From Candidatus Marinacidobacterales bacterium (GTDB taxonomy: Bacteria > Acidobacteriota > Vicinamibacteria > Marinacidobacterales > SMYC01), in the NCBI GenBank assembly GCA_965237955.1, contig OZ250169.1, positions 4,224,001 through 4,288,000 of the forward strand: a stretch of 64,000 nucleotides of DNA, written 5' to 3'. Shown here piece by piece: positions 52,987-63,350 of this stretch. Within the stretch, counting starts at the first letter, position 1, and every line of letters begins with the position of its first letter. A program made the translations under genes and the position numbers. The notes under the pieces were generated by a model. It was not told the DNA's origin and made no database searches. It saw nothing but the letters and a program-made list of their open reading frames with translations.

Positions 52987-54269
52987 TAAGTAGTCTTTTT
53001 CATAAGTACAGTGACGTATATTTAAGTTGCTGAAAGAGCGCCTCTCTGGCATGATTCTGCCCATTGGAGCAGATAAATGCCTAGAGAATCGCCGTTTGAC
53101 ATTGAGTTGACCGTCGACGAGCACGATATCCTTGAAGAAACAGCCAGAGCATATACGTCACCGTATATCGATGTTGTTCGTGCAAAGATCATTCTGTATG
53201 CCGCCGAAGGCCTGACGAACAAGGAGATTGGAGAGCGCCTCGACACTCCGCGACAGATCGTGAGCAAGTGGCGGAAGCGTTTTTTCGACCAACGCCTGGC
53301 AGGGCTGCAAGAGCAGCCCCGCCGGGGGCGGCCCGGCCAGTTTTCCCCCCTCCGTCGTCGTCGCCGTAAAGGCTCTCGCGTGTGAGTTGCCGCACCAAAC
53401 TGGACTGCCGCTCTCACGACTCAGCACCGCGGACCTCCGTCGAGCCGCGATCGACCGTGGGATCGTGGCGAACATCGGACAGACGACCATCTGGCGTTGG
53501 TTGAGTGAGGACGCCATTAAGCCCTGGACCCATCGTAGCTGGGTGTTCCCGCGCGACCCGGACTTCGAAGCCAAAGCAGCTCCCATTCTCGACCTCTACC
53601 AAGGACGTTGGCGTCGTAAGCCCTTCTCTGGAAACGAGTTCGTCATCAGCGCCGATGAGAAACCCCGTATCCAGTGCCGGCTTCGCACATACCCGACGAC
53701 TTCGACGGCTCCAGGGCGGCCGATGCGCATCGAGCATGAGTACTCTCGTGAAGGCACGGTGAACTACCTTGCCGCATGGGATGTTCACCGCGCGAAAGTC
53801 TTCGGTCATTGCGAACCGAAGAGCACGATCGTCTCCTTCGAGCGCTTCGTCGGGCAAGTCATGCGTCGCAAGCCCTATCGCACCGCGAAGCGAGTCTTCT
53901 GGATCGTCGATAACGCTTCCATTCATCGCGGCAAAGCTTCTGTCGAGCGCTTCCGGCAACAGTGGCCTAATTCCGTACTCGTTCATACCCCAACCCATGC
54001 CAGCTGGCTCAATCAAGTCGAGATCTTCTTCTCTATCGTTCAAAGAAAGGTCCTCACCCCGAACGACTTCTTGGCACCCGACGACATCCCTTTCCATCTT
54101 TCCAAGTTCGAACGCTACTACGAGGACATCGCTCGACCCTTTCAATGGAAATTCACCCGCAAAGACCTCAAACAGCTGATGAAACGCCTTGCCGTATACG
54201 AACCTCGTCTTGCTTCCGCCGCTTGACCGTTGAAAAATACGTCACCGAACTTTCGGGATAGCGTACTAA
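52987..54269 (+). mobile_element. IS630-family element with a two-ORF (frameshift) transposase
   Basis: Imperfect IRs sharing GTGACGTAT at the same offset; CTAAG at both junctions (52986-52990, 54266-54270). Confidence 0.88.
53077..54226 (+). CDS. IS630 transposase orfA/orfB, putative frameshift at TTTTCCCCCC (53341-53350)
   Basis: HTH orfA, then [30 protein letters not shown]. Confidence 0.88.
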
Positions 54270-54452
54270 GCAAGGGGGTGCCGCACGCTCTGCCCACTAC
54301 GTTGCAACGTTCGCGCCACTTCCAGGCAGGAAAGGGTCGGTCGAAGTACTTACGTTTCAATAAGATCACAGGGGCGCGGCCATTGTCCCCAGGCTAGACA
54401 TAGGCTTTTCCCTACGGCGAGATCGCCTGGTCGTGCAAAATGAAACTTGCTT

Positions 54453-56225
54453 TCAGCGTGGCTTCGCGAGTTGGAAGCGAACGAAGGCGATGGTGCCGAG
54501 CACGATCGCGGCAACGAGCACCGTTCCTGCGTTCACGAGGCCCTTGTCGGCATACCACACGATCAGATAGCCCAGTGAGCCGGGTAAGAGCGCGTAGTAA
54601 ATGAACGGAAGGAATGTCATGCGAATGACCATCCCTTCTCGCCCGAGAAGGCCCACGACCGCGGAGGCGGCGACGACATTGTGGACGCAAATCATGTTGC
54701 CCGCGGCACCACCGACAGCTTGAAGGGCGACGACCCAGCTCGGGTCGACACCGATGCGCTCGCCTACACCGAACTGGAACAACGAGAACATCATGTTGCT
54801 GACGGTGTTGCTTCCGGCCACGAACGCGCCCATACCGCCGATGAACGGGGCGAAGATCGGCCACGCACCGCCCACGAGGGATGCGACGCCATCTGCAAGC
54901 ACAATCGGCATCCGCTCCAATCCCGCGGCCCCGTTATTGCTGTTGAGAAAGACTTGGACCATGGGGACGGTGAAGACGAGCGCCACCGAAGCGGCTGCGG
55001 TCGTCTTCAGCGAGCTGGTCCACGCGTTCTTGTACGAACGGCCGTCGATTTTGTGGAGGAAGTACGTGGCCAGTGAAGCTACGACGAAAATTGTTCCCGG
55101 GAGCGTCAGCGGTTGGAAGCTGGCGTTGACGGGCGAGCCGAAGATTTCCTGCCATGACACCGACCACCCGTTCAGCCATCCTCCAAAGGGCAGGTTCCTC
55201 AGTCGGGTGAGGATGAGGAGCGCGACGACGATGCCGTAAGGCGACCAAGCCAGTACAGGGCTCATCGTCTTCGCGGCGCGGTCGCCGTCGCGGATCTCCA
55301 TCGTGCCCGACCACTCCGGCTCCCACGTCTCTTTCGGCTCGAAGTCCCAGTACTCGGACGGTTTCGGCATCAACAGTCCGTTCTTGGCGGCAACAACGAC
55401 GATGACGAGCCCGATGGGCGCGCCGAGAAGAGAAGGGAACTCGGGGCCGAGTACGTTCGCGATGATCAAGTACGGAATCGTCATCGCGAACGCCGCGAAC
55501 AACGCGAACTTCCACACGCGGAGTCCCTCGGCGAACGAGCGATGTTTTCCGAAAAAACGTGTCATGAACGCGACCACGATGAGCGGGACGAGCGTGCCCG
55601 CTGCGGCGTGGAGCAGCGCCACTTTGGCTCCGATCATCGCCAGGAACGCGGGCCATTCCGACAGTCCTTGTGCGGCAGCGAATGCTTGGACGTTCGCGGC
55701 GTCGGTCAGGCCAGTGCTGACGCCGATGAGGATTGGGGTTCCTACCGCACCAAACGAAACCGGAGTGCTTTGAATGATCATGCCGGCCATCACCGCGGCG
55801 AGCGCGGGGAAGCCGAGTCCGACGAGAAGCGGAACGGCGACGGCCGCGGGCGTGCCGAACCCGGCGGAGCCTTCGATGAATGCACCGAAGAGCCACGCAA
55901 TGATGATGACTTGAACACGGCGATCGGGAGTGATGTTGACGAAACCTTGGCGGATGGTTCTGAGCGCGCCGCTCTCTTTGAGAGTATTCAACAGGAGAAT
56001 GGCGCCGAAAATGATGTAGAGAAGCGTTCCCGCCACGATCAGTCCGTTGACGCTCGCCGCCGCGACTTGAACGCCGGGAACGCGCCAAACGAGTAGCGCG
56101 AGCGCGACCGCCACGATGTAAGAGAGCGGCATCGCGCGAGCCGCGGGCCATCGCAGGATCACGAGAAACAGCGCGACCGTGAGGATCGGCAGCAGAGAAA
56201 GGAACGAGAGGACGTAGATGCTCAT
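54453..56225 (-). CDS. lctP: L-lactate permease
   Basis: [43 protein letters not shown]. Confidence 0.92.
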   Translation of the reverse strand: MSIYVLSFLSLLPILTVALFLVILRWPAARAMPLSYIVAVALALLVWRVPGVQVAAASVNGLIVAGTLLYIIFGAILLLNTLKESGALRTIRQGFVNITPDRRVQVIIIAWLFGAFIEGSAGFGTPAAVAVPLLVGLGFPALAAVMAGMIIQSTPVSFGAVGTPILIGVSTGLTDAANVQAFAAAQGLSEWPAFLAMIGAKVALLHAAAGTLVPLIVVAFMTRFFGKHRSFAEGLRVWKFALFAAFAMTIPYLIIANVLGPEFPSLLGAPIGLVIVVVAAKNGLLMPKPSEYWDFEPKETWEPEWSGTMEIRDGDRAAKTMSPVLAWSPYGIVVALLILTRLRNLPFGGWLNGWSVSWQEIFGSPVNASFQPLTLPGTIFVVASLATYFLHKIDGRSYKNAWTSSLKTTAAASVALVFTVPMVQVFLNSNNGAAGLERMPIVLADGVASLVGGAWPIFAPFIGGMGAFVAGSNTVSNMMFSLFQFGVGERIGVDPSWVVALQAVGGAAGNMICVHNVVAASAVVGLLGREGMVIRMTFLPFIYYALLPGSLGYLIVWYADKGLVNAGTVLVAAIVLGTIAFVRFQLAKPR

Positions 56226-56458
56226 CGCGTTGGGCCTCCGCCCCGTTGATGCTGACAATGCTGATAATAATGTGGCGGTTCGGGGTCGGCCGGCCAAGGA
56301 GCCGAATTGTAGCGCGCGGAGAGCCTAGGGGTCACGGTTGAGCGCCTCCTTCCGCATCCTTACGTTGACCGGCGCAGAGCCTAGCACATGCGGTACGGAA
56401 CTCAAAGGCTTGGTAGGAATTTGGGATAGAGGTCGTCCGGGTCTAGAATGCGCCGAAT

Positions 56459-57180
56459 ATGTTTGGGACACGCACCATCGCCGTCGTCGCTCTTGCCGGT
56501 ATTTCGGGCTCGTCATTCGGGCAGTCGTCGGCCATCAATGCCACCATCGAAGGCGTCATTCAGGATGCGAGCGGAGGCGCCGTGCCCGGCGTGGCCGTTA
56601 CCGTCATCAACACCGGCACCGGGCTTGCTCGCGTGGTCACGACCAACGAGGCCGGATACTACCGCGCGCGGCTCCTTCCGCTCGGGACCTGCCAGTCTCC
56701 GCCGAGATTCCCGGGTTCACCCGTTTCGCCCAAGACGGTGTCGTCCTCACCGCGGGCATGACCGCACGCGTCGACGTGACGCTGAACGTGGGTCAGGTTC
56801 GAGAATCGGTCACGGTATCCGCGGATGCTCCGGTGGTGCGGCCGGGAAAGATCGAGCTCGGCCGGGTCCTCGACTCGAGAGAGATCGACAACAACCCGCT
56901 GGTGTCGCGTAATCCTTTCAACTTCGCGTTGCTCCAGGCCAACGTGACCGGCTACGAGAACGAAGAGTTCGGTGTTCCCCGCATCAATGCCAACGGAACG
57001 CAGATGCGCACGAACTACCAGATGGACGGGAACACTGACATGCAGAAAAACCGTGCCGGGCTCAGGCTCGCTCCGATCTCGTAGATCATGGTGCAGGAAG
57101 TGAACGTCGTCACTTCCGGCTTCGCTCCCGAGTTCGGAAAAACGACGGGCATGGTCTATAACGTCGTCACGCCGTCGCGC
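56459..57180 (+). pseudogene. N-terminal remnant of a TonB-dependent receptor (carboxypeptidase-regulatory domain plus plug)
   Basis: IEGVIQDASGGAVPGV, frameshift near 56690, NYQMDG, in-frame TAG at 57082, EVNVVTSGFAPEFG, then truncated. Confidence 0.85.
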
Positions 57181-57262
57181 CCTCGAGGAGTGGCAGCTCG
57201 CGAAGTCCCTGTTCAGTGTGTTCCGGGGGATCTCGTAGGGGCTGCCCCCAAACAACTCCGAT

Positions 57263-58123
57263 CTACCACCGAAGCGACTTAGAAAGTCGAGACCCATCGG
57301 CGAGTGTAACAACGACGTCAATGCTCCCCTTCCGGTCAGCCGCAGTCCAATCGCTTCGCCTCTCCCACAAAAGCGCCGTCTCCTTCGGTCCAAGGCGCTG
57401 AGCCAGTGGCGTGACCGGTCGCCCCCGTTCGCTATTCATGCTGTCGTGGGTGTCGGTAAGCTCCACCGAAATCAACGCGAGACCTTGATTCGAAAGGTTG
57501 TGCGCTCGCACTCTGAGAACGTACGGGTCTCCGGGATTGGGCGCCGATGGAAGGATTTCAATGATGAGCTCAGCGGCACGCGATTCGCTCGGCGAGCCGT
57601 CGGTTGTTAGCTCGGTGCTGGATTCTTGGAATCGTTGTCCTGCTTCTCGCGCCTCGAGCTCGCTCAAGCTCACGACTTGCGCCATCAGAATCTTGACTTC
57701 GAAGTTGTTGGGTTCGAGCTTGAGGGCACCTTCGTAGGCGAGGATCGCCTCCTCGTAGTCGCCCGCTTCCGTCGCCGACGTGGCGCGGCGGATGTGAGCA
57801 GCGACCTTCGACGCTCTCTCGCTTGCGGTCATCATCCGCACGCGAGTGCGGGGCGCCGGCTCGTCGCGGAGTTTCGTGATGATCGGCTCGGGCGCAGGGG
57901 CTTCAGGCGCGTCCTCGGAAACGGGGGCGGGCGATGGCTCGGGGGCGCGATCTTCCAGAGCCACGTGCGTCGGCTCGGGCTCGGGCGCTGCAGGCGGAGG
58001 ACCCGAACGGCCGGTGAAGTAAAACAAAAGCGTGCTCCCTATTATCGCGGCGAGGATCCACATGACGACGAACGTCAGAAACTGTGACCACCGCACACGG
58101 GCGGTGCGCGCGGGCATCGGCAT
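57263..58123 (-). CDS. Membrane-anchored Pro-rich/TPR hypothetical protein
   Basis: N-terminal TM, PEP linker, GDYEEAILAYEGALKLEPNN. Confidence 0.7.
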   Translation of the reverse strand: MPMPARTARVRWSQFLTFVVMWILAAIIGSTLLFYFTGRSGPPPAAPEPEPTHVALEDRAPEPSPAPVSEDAPEAPAPEPIITKLRDEPAPRTRVRMMTASERASKVAAHIRRATSATEAGDYEEAILAYEGALKLEPNNFEVKILMAQVVSLSELEAREAGQRFQESSTELTTDGSPSESRAAELIIEILPSAPNPGDPYVLRVRAHNLSNQGLALISVELTDTHDSMNSERGRPVTPLAQRLGPKETALLWERRSDWTAADRKGSIDVVVTLADGSRLSKSLRW

Positions 58124-58219
58124 GGCTTAGTGTTGGATGTCGAGATCCAGAATAGGGGACGCTGCGACGGTCTTCAAGTGAGGCGGTGGGTGTGTTTCGT
58201 TCCCCCCGTTACGGTATAC

Positions 58220-58495
58220 CTACTTCTTCTCCCACGCTCTGCCTTCGGGCGTCTTCAGCCACGTCTGACCTTCGTGTGACGCGAGCCATCGCGCGTCCTT
58301 GGTGGTTCGTCGAAGCCAGAAATCGATTTTGTTGATAACGACTTCTCCCAGAGTCCATGCGACGAACATCCCGACGAACGCGGCAAGAAATGCCCAACTA
58401 CCAAGTGTGGGCCGAGTCGCGGCGAAGGCCGCTACGACGCCCAAACCACTCACGCCAGCGGCGAAGAAGATTCTGAATGGTTTTGCAACATACAT
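58220..58495 (-). CDS. Small two-TM hypothetical protein
   Basis: Two hydrophobic segments and a WLxxxEG repeat tail. Confidence 0.45.
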   Translation of the reverse strand: MYVAKPFRIFFAAGVSGLGVVAAFAATRPTLGSWAFLAAFVGMFVAWTLGEVVINKIDFWLRRTTKDARWLASHEGQTWLKTPEGRAWEKK

Positions 58496-58527
58496 TCAGA
58501 GTGCTCGTTGAAGCGTGATTAAAATGG

Positions 58528-59376
58528 TCAACGGAGCGGGTCGGCCGGGCCGAGCCACGTCAGCTGAACGCCGGCGCCACCGGGGACGAGCATCGGAGTG
58601 AGCGCGAGCCGCTCCTTGGCGATAGTGACAGTCACCGTGCGACCGCTCATGATCCCGAGCGCCGCGCCGAAAATGACATCGCTCAAGTAGTGCCGCCCCT
58701 CGTTCAACCGCGAGCTCGCGACGTAGCTCGCGAACGCGTAGGCAGGAATGCCGACGCGTAAGCCGTATCGCTTCTGCAGCACCGTCGCCGTCGCAAACGA
58801 CGCCGAGGTGTGTCCCGAAGGGAACGAGGTCGTGCCCGACCCGTCTGGCCGCTCTCGACCGGCAGCGACTTTGATCCCGAAGGTGATGACCCCGGCGACG
58901 ACCTGTGCACGTACGAGGTCGCGCCCGAGATCCTCCACGCCCGGGTTCGAGAAAAGCTTTCCCAGGCCGAACGTCGTCACCGCGATCGCGGCCTGCGCGT
59001 AACCGGCGCCCGCGATCTCGCCCGCTTCGAAGACTTGGTCGAGCGAGCCTCCCCTGTTGAGCTCGTTGAGCTCGGAGTTCAGACGGCTGGTGGCAACGCG
59101 TTGGTCGAAGTGGCTCGCCCCCCACGCCGCCCCTAGACCGACGCCGACAATCGCGAGGTTTTCTTTCGTGGTGAAGACGTTCTTGAAGTCGATTCCGATC
59201 TGCCGCACGAGGTTCGGAGACGAGCGGTCCTCTTCCTCGACCCGTTCGGTCGTGCGCTGGCCGTAAAAGTAGGTCCTCGGGATGAAGAAGGGATCGAGCC
59301 GCTCACCGCCAACGGCCCGCGGGCACGTGATGCCAAGCGCCAGAAGAGACCAACAAAAGCAAACTCGTCCGTTCAT
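58528..59376 (-). CDS. PAP2-family membrane phosphatase
   Basis: KVAAGRERP, SFPSGH, SRLNEGRHYLSD. Confidence 0.9.
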   Translation of the reverse strand: MNGRVCFCWSLLALGITCPRAVGGERLDPFFIPRTYFYGQRTTERVEEEDRSSPNLVRQIGIDFKNVFTTKENLAIVGVGLGAAWGASHFDQRVATSRLNSELNELNRGGSLDQVFEAGEIAGAGYAQAAIAVTTFGLGKLFSNPGVEDLGRDLVRAQVVAGVITFGIKVAAGRERPDGSGTTSFPSGHTSASFATATVLQKRYGLRVGIPAYAFASYVASSRLNEGRHYLSDVIFGAALGIMSGRTVTVTIAKERLALTPMLVPGGAGVQLTWLGPADPLR

Positions 59377-59379
59377 GCG

Positions 59380-59733
59380 TCACCCCCTTGAAAACGTAAG
59401 GTAAACGTGGTGCTCATCGAACGAGAACGGCTTGGTGACGTAGTCGTCGGCGCCGGTATCGAGCCCGGTGACGGCGTCTCGCGGCGTATCCCGAGCGGTG
59501 AGCATCAGAATCGGCGTGTGAAAGCCTTGGTCCCGAAGCCGCCACGCTACTTCCAAGCCATCCATCACCGGGAGCATGACGTCGAGGATCACGACATCGA
59601 ACCCCCGCGGCACGGCGAAATCGAGCCCTTCGGCGCCGTCCGCGGTCACCGTGGTGACGTGGCCCTTCCCGCTCGAAGCCCGCTCCAGGAGGGCCGCCAT
59701 GCGCTCGTCGTCCTCGACGATCAGGATTTCCAC
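59380..59733 (-). pseudogene. OmpR-family response regulator; only the receiver remains
   Basis: ILIVEDD, LDVMLP, MLTA, GADDYVTKPFSFDE, then unrelated sequence. Confidence 0.85.
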
Positions 59734-59755
59734 GAGCGCAGTGTATGTGAGAACT

Positions 59756-59772
59756 CTGAAGAAATGCTGAAG
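59756..59772 (-). promoter_or_regulatory. PmrA/QseB-like box upstream of the response regulator
   Basis: Minus strand CTTCAG-N5-CTTCAG, 10 nt, then -10 TACACT, 6 nt, then GTG. Confidence 0.65.
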
Positions 59773-59779
59773 CCTCCTA

Positions 59780-60505
59780 TCAGCGACCCGCGACGTTCAG
59801 CCACGGTGTGTGTCGTTTGAGAGACCGGAGCACCACGTACCCAAGACTCCCGCCGGCAAGGACCACTATCCACGGTGGATCGAGCGTAGTGCGACTTTCC
59901 ACGCTCCAATTTCCCATCAGCTCGAGGAGCACCAAGGTCGCGATGACGCCGAGCCAGCTCGAGGACTCTCGCCGGAGTACGGTTCTCACCGAGAACGGCA
60001 AGGAGGGCTGACGAAAGAGTCGCACGTTCGGAAAAAATGCTGGCGTCTGCCGTGCCCACCGAAGGTAGCGGTTTTTGAACTTGCCTCGAAGAAACTCTTC
60101 CTCCGCATACATGATGCGCTCGTAGTAGATCCAGAAAACAGCTGCTACCGAAAACGCAAGCCACCAGCTTCGAGGCACGAGCGCGACGCCGAGCCAGATG
60201 AGAAAGTTCCCCAAATAGAGCGGGTGCCGCACGAGCGAATAGGCTCCGGTCGTGTTGAGGTGCTCGCAAATTGGACATCGAGTGTTCCGTCCCGAGGTTC
60301 CACTCGGAGCGTGTCCCACGACGTAAGCGCGAACCAAGAGCCCCGCAAAGGCGGTAGCTAGGCAAAACGATTCCCACGGTGAGCCGGGTCGAATTGAGAC
60401 GGCCCGCATTTGGGACAGTACGAGAGCCAGTGCGGCGAGCGGAAAATAACTACGCCAGCGAAACAAGAACTAACCCGCGACCGCAAATTCCTCTCGTAGG
60501 GGCAT
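59780..60505 (-). pseudogene. lmtA: LmtA-like (ICMT-family) lipid A phosphate methyltransferase with an in-frame TAG at codon 12
   Basis: MPLREEFAVAG*FLFRWRSY, GTSGRNT, LNTTGAYSLVRHPLYLGNF, YYERIMYAEEEFL. Confidence 0.72.
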
Positions 60506-60530
60506 GGCAGGAGCATCGTAGGATCTCGGA

Positions 60531-60547
60531 TTGAAGAATCCCTGAAG
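60531..60547 (-). promoter_or_regulatory. PmrA/QseB-like box upstream of the lmtA-like gene
   Basis: Minus strand CTTCAG-N5-CTTCAA, 10 nt, then -10 TACGAT, 9 nt, then ATG. Confidence 0.65.
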
Positions 60548-60826
60548 ATTGACTTGAGTTACGATCGACCACAATGGTCACGAGAGTCACGGAACGCGAG
60601 GAGCTCTCCTCGTTTCACCCGTTGCCCCTCCTCGACCAGAAGCTGAACTAGGAGAGCGCTAAAAAGTGAGGGGTCACGGCGGCAGGTGCAGGACGTGCCA
60701 CCCGTAAAGATATGAGGAGCGGTGCTTCCGCCATCGAGTGTTGGCGGCCGAGCCCTAAACTGCCTGCGTGCTAGAGTTTGAGCCCGATTTACCGGCGGGT
60801 GATCGAGCTCCTTGCTACCCCTGTAA

Positions 60827-61100
60827 GTGCTCGGTGAGGTCGGCACCGCGAACATCAAGATCGTGATCCCACCTCGACGAGGGGCGGTACCTTTGGACGG
60901 CGCCGAGGGCACGGCGCAGCGGAACGCGACCCTCGAGACGATTCGCAATGTCGGGCGCCAAGGCTGGCAGCAGGAGTCAGGGCATCGACGACAGGGCGCT
61001 GGCGAGAATCTTGTCTTCAGGTACAAGCGCACGCTCGGAAACAGCCTTCGCGCGCGCGGCTACGAATCGCAAAAACGGGAGGCAAGGATAACGATCGTCG
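60827..61100 (+). pseudogene. IS5-family transposase 3' remnant
   Basis: VIPPRRGA…WQQESGHRRQGAGENLVFRYK…LRAR parallels the C-terminus of the 47539-48504 transposase. Confidence 0.8.
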
Positions 61101-61187
61101 GGGAGTAAGTTGGGCCGCCAATAGGATCCGTGCGTGTCCAGAACTGATTCATGCACCAACGCCCAACGGGTTCCGAATCGACTCGGT

Positions 61188-62000
61188 TCACAAAAAACGC
61201 TCGATGCTCGAAGCCACCCTCTCAGCGTGCGACCACACCATCCAATGACCCGCCTCGGCTACGAGCTCGACTTCGGCTCCGGGAACGAGCTCGGCGAGCC
61301 GCTCACCATGGCTCGGGGGGAAATGATGGTCCCGCTCGCCCCACAATGCGAGCGTGGGACGACGAATCTTCTCGTAGTATCGAGGCAGTTCCGGCAAGAA
61401 GCCTTGATAGCCGCCGCACATCCGGGAGATGAAGCGACGCACATCGGGGCGACGAAAATGCTCCCAAAAATCACTGTGAAGCTCTCGCGGAAGCTTCGCC
61501 GGCCGCTCGAGAAAAGTCTGTTCTGCCCGGCGAAACACGATCCGGGGAAACCTCTCGATCAAGAATCTATTCCAACCATGCTGTCGAAGAAGGCGGATCT
61601 CCCACGAAGTCGGCTCGTCCGATAGCACGAGCGAGTTCATAATAACGATCTTTTCGATCCGCTCCGGATACTCGGCGGCCGCGACCAGCGCCGGTTGACC
61701 ACCCATGTCCACGGCCGCGAGATGAACCTTGGATAGCTTCAGCTCATCGAGGACTTGAATCAATCGCTTTGCCATGTGGACCGGCGAGGCCCCGCCGGAC
61801 CAGGGTTTGCTTGCCCCCATCCCTGGCCAATCGAATGCGATGACCTCGACGTGGCAAGCGAGCAAGTTCGCCAGGCGACAAAAAATCTGAAGCGTCTCAG
61901 GATAGCCGTGGAGGAGGACGAGCGGAGGGCTCCCGTCGCCAACGCGAGCGACGCGCAGTTTGTGCCCTTCCCTCGTCGTCACCAGCCGCGTGTCCAACAT
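61188..62000 (-). CDS. Alpha/beta hydrolase (epoxide hydrolase / haloacetate dehalogenase-like)
   Basis: LLHGYP, DWPGMG, VDMGG (Asp nucleophile), WGERD, AGH. Confidence 0.88.
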   Translation of the reverse strand: MLDTRLVTTREGHKLRVARVGDGSPPLVLLHGYPETLQIFCRLANLLACHVEVIAFDWPGMGASKPWSGGASPVHMAKRLIQVLDELKLSKVHLAAVDMGGQPALVAAAEYPERIEKIVIMNSLVLSDEPTSWEIRLLRQHGWNRFLIERFPRIVFRRAEQTFLERPAKLPRELHSDFWEHFRRPDVRRFISRMCGGYQGFLPELPRYYEKIRRPTLALWGERDHHFPPSHGERLAELVPGAEVELVAEAGHWMVWSHAERVASSIERFL

Positions 62001-62003
62001 CAG

Positions 62004-63344
62004 CTATCCCGCAAAATCCTCGTGCACAGCCTCCGCTCCCAGAATTCCTGAGATCGCGCAGAAGCTGACCCATTGACCAGGGTGCGTGGAGCTTCCGACG
62101 AGGTACAGGCCCTTCACATTCGGACTGCGATGACGAAGCCGACCACGGCGAGCGAGCCGCGCTGTCATCACCGGGTTCATGGAATTCTGATAGAGATGAA
62201 ACTCTTTGCCCCAGTCCGACGGCGTGCGTACCGCGAGCGTCTTTCGAGACTTCGCCATGTCCGTCCACCAACTGTCATCGAAAGCTACGGCCTCGGCCGA
62301 AATCAGCCGCGCCGGATGCCGCCCCGCTCGAATCTGAGTGTCGTCTATTAGGCTCGGCTGCGCGAGCAGTTCACACCCCTCGGGCCCTAGATAGAAACGG
62401 AGGTAAGGGGCTTCGGGAGACGCAATGCTCAAGTAGGTGCAGCGCCCCGGAGATTGAAGTGGAAGCTCGCGAAGACGCTCGGCGCCGGAGGGCGTTGGAT
62501 CGCACAGCTCGAGATACGTCCCGACGCCCCCCGCATTCGAGACGATGGCGTCGAACTCCACGAGCTCACCGTCGACGACGACCGCGGGACGCGGATCGAA
62601 TCGAAGTTTGCCGACCTTGGTGTCGAATCGAAATGTTACGCCCAGCGTTTCTGCTTCTTGCGCCAGCCGCGAGGGAATGACACCGATCCCGCCACGAGGA
62701 TAGAAAGCGCCGACGGTGTGAACGAGGGCGGGCACCAAGGCGAGAAGACTCGGGGCCTCGTCGAGAGATTGCCCGGCAATGTGCGTCCAGATTGAGAGCG
62801 CGTCGACGATCTCAGATGCGAGTCCTGAACGGCGAAGCGCAGAGCGCAACCCACGCATCAGAAACGGAGCGTGTCGGACGGCGCCGGTGCGAACAAGCGA
62901 ACGCCAACCGGGTGTGGCGACGTATTGAAGTGGGTGCACGCTGCGATGGACGCTTTCGAGCTCCTCGACGAATCCGAGGTAGCGCTTCGCACTGCCGGGC
63001 CAGCTCTTCTCCATCGCTTCCGCGGTCCGATGACGGTCCGCGTAGATCTGAACCTTCCCGCCGTCCCCGAAACGCACGTCGTAGAGCTCCTCGATGCGGA
63101 TGAGCGGGATCTCGCTCCGAAGGTCGAGACCCAGCCGCTGGAATGCCCAATCGAGACCAGGTCGATCCAGCAAAACGTAAGGTCCCGCGTCGAATCTGAG
63201 GCTCCCGGCTTCGAAGCTCGAAGCCAATCCGCCAGCGGAGGATCGCGCTTCGAACACAGTGACCGCGTATTGGAGTTGCGCCAACCGGATCGATGCAGTG
63301 AGACCGCCCATCCCAGCACCGATGATCGCTACTCGTTTGGTCAA
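62004..63344 (-). CDS. CrtI-like FAD-dependent desaturase/oxidoreductase
   Basis: IIGAGMGGL, RFDAGP, YPRGG, LYLVGSSTHPGQWV. Confidence 0.85.
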   Translation of the reverse strand: MTKRVAIIGAGMGGLTASIRLAQLQYAVTVFEARSSAGGLASSFEAGSLRFDAGPYVLLDRPGLDWAFQRLGLDLRSEIPLIRIEELYDVRFGDGGKVQIYADRHRTAEAMEKSWPGSAKRYLGFVEELESVHRSVHPLQYVATPGWRSLVRTGAVRHAPFLMRGLRSALRRSGLASEIVDALSIWTHIAGQSLDEAPSLLALVPALVHTVGAFYPRGGIGVIPSRLAQEAETLGVTFRFDTKVGKLRFDPRPAVVVDGELVEFDAIVSNAGGVGTYLELCDPTPSGAERLRELPLQSPGRCTYLSIASPEAPYLRFYLGPEGCELLAQPSLIDDTQIRAGRHPARLISAEAVAFDDSWWTDMAKSRKTLAVRTPSDWGKEFHLYQNSMNPVMTARLARRGRLRHRSPNVKGLYLVGSSTHPGQWVSFCAISGILGAEAVHEDFAG

Positions 63345-63350
63345 ACGCGT

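Noticed and set aside
52957-53124. N-terminal extension of the GGDEF-EAL ORF, and likewise the 48505-48729 extension of the IS5 ORF
   Set aside because: The extensions run through IS ends. The real starts are 52956 and 48504.
9369-60472. Stop-codon reassignment (amber, opal, Sec or Pyl) suggested by in-frame stops
   Set aside because: All three stop types occur in-frame, intact genes end normally in TAG, TGA and TAA, and the affected genes carry other lesions. Pseudogenisation is the simpler explanation.
60560-60660. LVEEGQRVKRGELLA efflux membrane-fusion-protein motif
   Set aside because: Only about 20 codons resemble the family, which is too short to call as a feature.
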